From: Lingula anatina
Taxonomy: Eukaryota > Animalia > Brachiopoda
Assembly (NCBI GenBank): GCA_051362555.1
Contig: CM120642.1
Location: 24,986,001-25,050,000, forward strand
Direction: 5' to 3'
DNA: 64,000 nucleotides
Shown here: positions 51,901 to 61,600 of the stretch, piece after piece
How positions within the stretch are numbered: position 1 is the first letter of the stretch
How the letters are laid out: the number at the start of each line of letters is the position of its first letter
Notes under the pieces: model-generated
Told to the model about the DNA's origin: nothing
The model's database searches: none
The model's input: only the letters and a program-made list of their open reading frames with translations
Program-made: the position numbers and the translations under genes

Positions 51901-53885
51901 AGCAATCAATAAAACAAATATCAAATAAACAGCGTGTCTTTATTTGTACTCTCAGAAAATTTAAGCATTGTGAACACTTCTCAGAATTGTTAAAAAAATG
52001 AAGCAAAGATAGGCCTATGCTTCCTACTACCAAATCTAAAAAAGGTAATTTCGGTCGATGCCATTTTGTCTACTTCGCCTCACACGTAGCAGCCAACTAT
52101 CGGGTGGCCTGTCCGACCTTCAGTCCACCTAATACCACGATGCTCTTGTCGACCCTTTTTTCGCTACAAAAAAAAAACCCTGGTAAGCCTATGTGCTGCT
52201 TTGGACAGAATGTCACTGAAATTTTCCGGGCGATGATCGCTGGCCGCGGCCAGCCTTTCATATAATTGTAAAAAGGTGATGTCTCCATGTCCAATATCAA
52301 TGGCAAACCAATCCAAAACGACGGCCCCGTTCTCTTTATGACTTTAATTGTCGTGTATTTTGAAATTAATGCTAGAGATGAATTTGACGGCAAAGCGGCC
52401 ATATTTCCACGTGGTGATAATACTCATGCGCAGAAAGCTCATTTTCCGCACTCGGAACTACTCGGATGTCTCTGCAGTCGACAATGACAGCATGGAGCTT
52501 GCGGAATGAGCCGAGGATTGCCGATTGCATTTTCCGGCAAATTCAATAACGACGTTTGCGACAACCGACTTCCTTGGGGGGGGGGGGGATTTTTTTTTTT
52601 TTTTTTGAGAACGGACGAAAATCGGTGCGCGCGCAGGATGTCATCCATAAAATTAAAAAAGTGTGGCCTTATGGGAAGCAACACTAAGACACCTTCATTA
52701 AATTAAAACCTTTGGGGTAAATATAATTTAGGCGGAGTGTTAAGGAGTCTGTGATGGGGTGAAAGTAATTTTTTCCCTGATAATTCCATACAAACCATTG
52801 CTTATATGGCATTCTCTCTTTGATGCCTTCTGAATACATTCTTTGTGGACTGACTGCTTGCACCCTAGAGAAGATACAAATATAGTTAAAGTATACCTTG
52901 AGGTTAGTCTTTAGTTTGCTCACAGAACTGCATTATCTGTGGGACGTGATTTAAAAATGAAAAAGACTGTTTGTTAGGCCTGTCTGCCATTTAATGCTAA
53001 ACATTTACTAGAACATTTCCACTTCAATATGGCAGAAAAGAGTGCATACGGCGAATAATATTTAAATGCCTGAATTATTTTTGCAAGAATTTTTTCCTTT
53101 TTTTTTTTTTTTACCAAGTCTCTTTTTTCTGTACATTCACTATGGTCAGTACACTAGTGCTATTAATTTCAGTACATTTGACCAGCTTGGCTCTACTGCA
53201 CCAAATACACTTACTGTGACAGTTATAACCTTGGTAAAACACACCCCTGAAATTTACAATTATAACAATATAAAATAAATTTGTACTTTTTACAAATGCT
53301 TTATGCTTTTTTTTTAAAAGTTATTAAAGACACTTACAACAAATTTTAGACATATTCAAATGCTATCCTTTGTTACAGTAATGATTTAACTAGCATAATT
53401 ATTTTATTCTTTGGTCTAAATGTTTAAACAACAAAGACTTTAAATAAATTTAATAAGTATGACAATCAAGTGAAGGTTACCTAAGCAGTTCTTTTTACAT
53501 CAAAATATTTATCAAAATGGATACTTTTCAGTCCAAATGTTTAAATACTGAATGCCTGACATAAAGGCAATTAGTAATACAATAAAAGTGAAGACTACCT
53601 CAGAAGTTTTTTACATTCACTACAAGTTTGTGGTTCTTCAAAAGTGGTCATGATGAAGTCATGCCCCTTCTCCCTAGCATTGGCGGGATTTGTGTTATCT
53701 CTGTGGAAACAAATAATGATATTTATTTATCATCTAAAATCCATATAAAATGTTCAGTAGACTTTACAGGAATAAAATGAACAGAATAACATGGATAGAA
53801 TATGAAGTCACTAACATCTCTATTAATAGTGACAAATAATGACTATAATTACTTCAGTAGAAAACAATCCAGAAGATATATTTAC

Positions 53886-53917
<32 letters not shown>

Positions 53918-55552
53918 TTATTTATCATGCAATTTTTACCCAAGAGCATTAAATGCACCAAAAAATGTTTTCAATAAGTCAGTAGACTAAAATGCATTGT
54001 TCAGCTTCAGTATTCGTAAAGATATTTTTTATCATGTTATATTATAAATAATAATAACTCACAGCAATTCAATCTTACTATCTAGGTATCTACTATCATT
54101 ACTTACAATGCCATTTTGATGGCATCCACCCATTTCATCTTCATCTCTTCAGTCTTTGCATAGAAGTTGTAGGCAACAGAATTTTTGTTTTCTGACAAAA
54201 GGAACACGTGTCCCCACTGAAAAATTGAGTTTACAAGTTTACATACAGTACAGACTACAAGAACCATTTCTATGCACTATGACAACAGAACAATGTTTAA
54301 CTGTGCTTCTCACAAAATAGTCTTCCTAAGTGAGAAGTTTTTTCCTGAGGTAAAAAAGATTTTGTGTCATTAAATGTTCTTTTCCATTGCAGTTTAAAAC
54401 AATTAAATATCATTAACAAAATAAAGGCAACTGACTTTTTCACTCCTGGGTCTTCCTGCAGGCACCCCCTCTTCCACTCGGTGCTGTGCCAAAACTAGGG
54501 CATTCTTGTAACTGTAAGTTTCACCCTGGAAAGTGACAGACATTTAAACAACATGCACAGTGACATCCTATATACATAACAAAACAATAACAATACGAGC
54601 TACCTTGATTATTGCCAGTTCACCATTTTTCCCAAATATGTGTGCAGCGGTAGAAAAATAGTATTGTGGCTTGTGATATCATGGGTGCCCTTTTTAGAAC
54701 CAAGTTATAATATAAATGTCACTCTGGACTCCCCTCCTAACAAAGTAATGTACAAAATTTACAGTATTTAGATCATTTCAATGTTTCTTGGGAGCAATGG
54801 TGCCCTATATAAGGATAAAAATAGCAAAAACCATGCAAACTGCTTCTCTTTTCACACAATACGCAGAAGAAAATTTCATTCTCTTTTATAACAAATTATG
54901 ATGGTACAAAGTGCACATGCACAAGGACAAACAGATTCAAATAGTAACACATCTCAATCCACATATCCTAAAATTCTAAGGTTTCCAATAGTGCACTATT
55001 TTGGGCATGGTGTCCTTGGCATACTTTAATACCCCCCCCCCCCCCCCCCCCCCCCCCCCCGTTTCCATTTCTGAGTTACTTTCAAGAACAGCCAATGTTT
55101 GTGTTTGGGTCCAAAGTTACCCCTGAGATCAAAACCTATTGGACACCCTAATATTCTGCAACACATTTCAAATTCATAAACCAAGAAAACGTAATTGCTA
55201 GCAATCCATGCTGATTTAGCAAACAATATGGCAACGGCATCCATATCTGACAACAGAAGACATGCAAATGCAACCATCCTCAAAAAAATTTACGATAAAA
55301 GGACTAATATCACATCAGAACATGCCTACGTGTTATATGTTCCGAAAATGCTTTTTACTAAACTTTAAAGAAAAATAATATTGTTGAGCAGAACATTCAC
55401 ACATTACATCATTTGTTTTTAAATGGCAGAGAATTCACTTACTATATTTTGGTGGTTGACTTGACCATTTCTATACTATCAAGTAACAACATACTCAAAC
55501 AACATTTAAAGCTGACTATATACAACTGAATATACACAATCTACTGTACTTT

Positions 55553-55602
<50 letters not shown>

Positions 55603-58600
55603 GGTGAAATCAGTGTACTGAGAACATAAAGGGACTTCCATTAACACAATGACAGACTGTACATCACTCTGGTAAAGGTAACTTTACACGAATCCTGGCA
55701 GGCCAGATAGCAGTAGTACAGTAACAAAATAATGACATGTATTAACTAAACACACTTGTATCACAAAATGGGAACATCATGACAAACTCGTATCAGACCA
55801 CTTTTTACAACAAAGACAAATATCATGCTGCAAAAAATAAAGCAGTTCAGTAAGAAAAAGAAAGAAATTTTGGACTAATTTGGGATGTTAAGGCTATCAA
55901 AACATGCTGAAATATGTGCTTGCCTGTATGCAGGGCCAGACACATGCATATACGGAATACATAACCTTATATTTTAGTGCACATGCTGGAAGGAAATGAA
56001 TATACATTTAACATAAATTCTGGACATCAATCTAATTAAAGGAGTACTAGTATACATGCACGGTTGACATCACAATGATAACATGAAACATAAAACTATA
56101 ACTGTAATCCCCTTTATAGTGATAAAATCTTTTTCTAAAAACTTACAGATTTCAACAAATAATCTCCATTCAGTCACAAATCCTACACAGCTTTTGTTTA
56201 GGTAAAATTTTAAATCCTACTGGTAAATCAACACGGCAAATGGATGCAAACTTGCAATCACTACTCAAATTCACCCAATGTAGAGATATCTATTTCTATT
56301 TCTATCAATCTGATAATACAGCAAAAATGCTTTCATCAAGTTTAATCCATATCACATAAAGGGGCATACACATTTAATACTGTCAAGCTTTGACATACAG
56401 GAATAATGGCGCAGTTAAAGCACAGTTGTGACAACTTAACTTAGACTGCAACAGCAATTTTTAACCATTCCCAATCATAAAAGCTGTGGAAATATGTCAT
56501 TCAGATTAGATTTTGAATGGTTAAATTTGTAATAACAAAGGTCAGCTGTCTCAAAAAAGAACTTAAGCTTGAAAAGTGGTCTTAATTCTTGACTAAAATA
56601 TTGGGCCTACTTTTACTCTAGATCAATCAACAGCAGTCAAATCAAATGGAATATTATGCATGAAAAAAAAACTTTTGGACTTGATTTTCTTTTTTTTTTT
56701 TTTGTGAAACTGACCCCAGAATGGGCTGAGTCATTCCAGTACTAGGCTAAAATGTTACAACTGGGCTGTAAATGCGGCTTCAGGTGTCATCTGCAAGCTT
56801 TGACATGCAGATAAACTGGAGGGCTTGGGGCATGCTTTGTACATGCACATTCCATCTTACCCATAGGAACTTTTCCATGGTCTACAAAAACATGCGGCAA
56901 ACATACTGGATATGAATAATATAAGGCGTGGAAAGCAAATCCAAACGACTGCACCATTTAGGATACAGAAGTGCTCTTAAGATGACCTTGGTTCGTTTTA
57001 TCTAAAGCATTATCTTTCTTTACATGTATATATTTCATTGTGCTGATAACATAACAAAGTGAGGCCAGTAAGCTTTTGTGACTTTAAAATTACTTGAAAA
57101 TGAAAACTAAATGTGAAAATGATATAGTGCACTGTTAGTGAAGATGTAGTATATAGTTACATATATTCCATCAGACAACATTGCTTCTGTCAACTTAAAC
57201 ATCATTAACTAAAATATGAGCACAGCTACTTGAAAAATTTTATGCAACCCATTTTTCCAAATAGCATAAATAAAAACAAAATGTTGGAGATTTTCCATTT
57301 TACTTTTTCTAATTTTTCTAAGCTAGTGAATTTATGTTAATCTCTGTAATCTTTACTGTCAGAAGGTAATCCTTGACAGATTTGTTTCTCTCTGTGATAG
57401 GAAGCCACACCCTCCCTTTCAAAGAGAACTGGAAACTTACCCTAGACTTGCACATGAGCATCACCTTGTCAAACAGGAAGATATACCTTAAAATAACAAA
57501 AATTACAAAGTATGCACCTAAATAAAGATTATGAAACAATATGAAGAAATATAACACACATTTTACATCATCATTCTATTGAATGGTCAATCAAACATGA
57601 TTTGTTACATCTCACATAAAGTCTGAACAAAACAATTATAAAAAAACTAAAGTTACTTAAAAATAAATTTTCCTTTGAAACATCTAAATTTTAATAAGTG
57701 ACAGTCTTGAAATAACGACAATTTATTATAGATATCATATTAAGTAAGTGAAAAACTTTATTATTTTCCATTATTTAAACAGACCTACTTAGTGCCTACC
57801 TAGTTTTTAACCTGTTGTCTTCATGGGACTTAATCTTCAACTCTCCATCCTTCAGCAGTCTGCCATAGTCTTTTAAAGACGTCTTCTCAGGCTGAAATAG
57901 AAGAAAAATATTAAACATAAAAATTTGGCTAATTGGGATAAAAATGTATACAAAAGGGGTTGCAAAAGATAATTAACATTTACAAGTCCTATTTTTTTTT
58001 AAATCTTAAATGCTACGTAACAAGGTTATCTGTGATCTTTTAAAAACAGGCTAATTTTTAAGTGTCCAGTTTACACTAACCATCTGTAGATCTACAATGC
58101 TGTCCTGGATCTCTTGTATAAGTTGAAGCTGCTCATTGTCTCTCTTCACCTCGTTCACATACAAGGACAAGTCCTGGAATAAAAAATTGCCCATGCTACA
58201 TAATCAAACTGCTTTGGCAAGCACGAGCAACAGCTTAAAACATGTTCAAATGTGTATGATATTGTAAATGGTTGTATACTTTGAAACAGACTTTTAGGAG
58301 ATTGGAGAGTGACAAAATATTTGCAATTCCACTGTCAGTATAGGCTGATCCAGTGTTTGGCAACTAAATATCTTTTGGAAAATCATTGGACCACAAATTA
58401 AAACTCTTTGCCCGATGTTTAACCTACTTTAGAATATTTCCTACTTTTAATATACAACAAGCCATAGGTTTAAATGACACATAATGATACATTTATCTAT
58501 AAATTGTTTGAAAAGATCAATTAACATACAGGTCATTGAATATGATGAGGGACACAGGCTGTGTTATTTTTAACTACTTACTTGCATGGCTTCAAGAGCT

Positions 58601-61600
58601 TTTTCCAAGAAGGTCCTATCAGGGCTTTTCTTGTCTGTTTGTTTTATAAGTTCCTACATAAAAAGATAAAAACAATTTTGTTACAGCAGTTCTTAATGGT
58701 TTTGTTGAAACAAAGATAAATCCCAATCCAATGCTATCACTAATTAATAGTTTTTTTTTTCATGACTTCAACTGATTTAACATGATTGGTAAGGTACCCT
58801 TTTTTCTCACCAGTTCTTCCGTTCTTTCTTACAGTTTAAAACGATTGTCATATCCTGGAAATTACTCTCTGGATAGAACTGTTTTACCTTGAGCAGTAAA
58901 TGATACTTGAGCACCCGCTGAACAGGCACAGAGAGAAGATCTCGCAGGCGGAATTTGCCTTCATTGGCCTTCCTTTGGCATTCCTGAAGTAAAACAAAAT
59001 CTGTGCTTAACCCAGAGAGCAATTAAAACACAGAAAATTATTTATTTATAATAATAATCACCACATTTAAAACACAGCACTACAAAGATGCCACTTTGAA
59101 ACTGGGCTACTGCTGCAGTGTCCAAAAAAGAAAGAGAAACTGAGCAGTAACCCTGACTTATCTCAAGATGAAGACATTGAAGTATTAATCTTAGGTAAAT
59201 ATGAAGTTAGCACTACTAGAGTTCTGAATTGCCCATGGATACTGGACAACTACTAGCCTGCTGCTCCAGTAACAAGTTAGGGGCAATATTACACACAGAC
59301 TACTCACTTCAACAGCAACTCTTATAATTTCATTCTTCCTGCACAAGTCATCTATCCTCTCTTGAGCCTGTGGCAGATTGGAGCAGAAGTCCCCATACAG
59401 CAGTAGCTGTGGCTTGTACTTGATGAAGCAGTCTCCCAAGGCCTGTGCTGACGATCTCCTGACTGCTTGGTGGAGGTCACTCTGGAAGGCTGTGTGAATG
59501 TTGCCCAAACCCTGCAGGAGACAGAAAGAGAGAGAGGAAAATGTACATGAGGGAAATGATGCATGGAATAAAAACTGGGGTTGGTTTCAAAGAGAAATTT
59601 TGACTAAAAAGATTGTCTTAACTTCAAAAAAGGTCCACTTTGATTTAAGAGAAATGTGCAATAGTCAATTTGAACACAATAATGGTTGGGCTAAAACAGT
59701 AGGCATTTTTTTCTTCTCATGAAAAACAGAATTTCATGTAACTTTTCTACTTTTGATTTATTTGGGTTTAAGTAGACTAAAATTTTTGTTAGTTCTATTC
59801 AGTAACGGGACCCTGGGGTCTTTCTAGCTTACTTTATCTTAGTCAAATGCTGAAAATTATGACATTTGGCTAAGGAGAGTTTAAAATGTGATTTATTCCA
59901 AAATCTTAATTTGGTTGTGTATATCCAGCTTTTTGGCTGAAGGAAAGTTTATCCAAGAAATAACCCTGAATATAATATGGGCATGGCCATTGTATAGAAA
60001 ACATATTAGATGCACCTACCTCTATATGCTTAAAGATCAGCTCGTGATTTGGACTTGGAATTATGTTCTTTAAAGGGTGTATAAAAAACTGAAAAAAATA
60101 ATTAAAGAATGTATATGTGCTGAATCTTGAATAAGAAAGTAAGTTTAATTTATCAAGCCAGATGCTCAATTTGTTATAATAACCAGTTGTTTTAAGGTCT
60201 AATACAAGCAAAATCTTTGAAAGAAATTTAACTGATTCAGAGATTAAAACATTTCACACCGTTTTACATTATCCCTGGTGAGAAAAAGCAGTTGAAAATT
60301 ATCACAATAAGCCATCATTTAATTAATAAAGAAACAAAACTTTTGAGCTAAGCATTGAAAAAGTTATGCCTTCATCTCTTAAAACCTTTAAAAATATTTT
60401 ATCTGAATATTGCTTACTGTTTTTATCATCTGCAGTGCTTCAACATAATTCTTTTCAGTTTCAATTAATTCTTTCAGGCAGTGTTCTCTTTTTGTTTTAG
60501 GTTCAAAACCCTGGAAATGAAAAAATTAAACAATGAATTTTATATTTGTAAATGGATAGCTGAAAATTTTAATTTGCAAGGCCTCAAAATCATTTAGCAG
60601 AACTTACTATTAAAACGTTTTTAACTTACACTGGACAAAACTTTTTAAAAACTTCCTTTTTATAACTCAGATATAATAATCTAACATAGTAATATAAAAG
60701 TTAGTAAAGCATACACACAACACACTTTGTTAAAACATATATAATAAAGGGAAAAATCTAAAATTGTGGGATAATACCAACTAGATTCCCAGTTTTCAGA
60801 TCAGGTGACTAGGAGCAGAATCAGTACAAATTTTAGGGAGAATTCCGTTATTCATAACTTGGCTACTTCAAGGACACTGTTACTCGGACGGTGTATTACT
60901 TCATTTTTGTACTGGGTGGTAAATACTTGGTCACTACTCTGTAGACAGTTTGGCAGACATTACTTTTATAATGAGCAACATGCCAAAGCCAGATACTTTC
61001 AGAGTATTGAACCATGGGGAGAGATGGTGAGAAACAAAACTGAAAGCTAATTTTCTGTTAAATGGATCTAATCTAGAAAAGGCAAAGCTGCAAAGATAAA
61101 GTTAAGAAAAAAAGAGATATATACAAACCTTTATACATTATATTAAAATACAATCAGCTTTAAAGGTCTCCATAAAGCATGTTGTTGTAATGACAAAAAG
61201 CTCTTGTGCAAGCTCAATGGATTCTCGCAGGTAGCACTGCTGTAATTAGTTCATGTGCAAAAGGGGGTACGTGACCATTACAATCGGGGGACCTTTACTA
61301 TTTATTCCGTAAAAAGTAAAACTGCAAGACCAATGTAAATTAATAGGCTAAGCTCAAAAGATTCTTGCAGTTAGCATTGCTGTAATTAAGTAAGCTCATG
61401 TACAATATGGGCTACGCAACCTGGTAACAATAGGAGGTTACATGACCTTTACTTTTTATTTCGTAAAAAGTGAAAGTGCAAGCCCAATGTAAATTTATTG
61501 ATCTCTTTTCTAACCTTAAACTGTGGATTTTTAACTTTAATGAACTTAGTTATCATTCTTAGGAAATTGTACAATCAACAACTTCATTACGTGGCCATTA

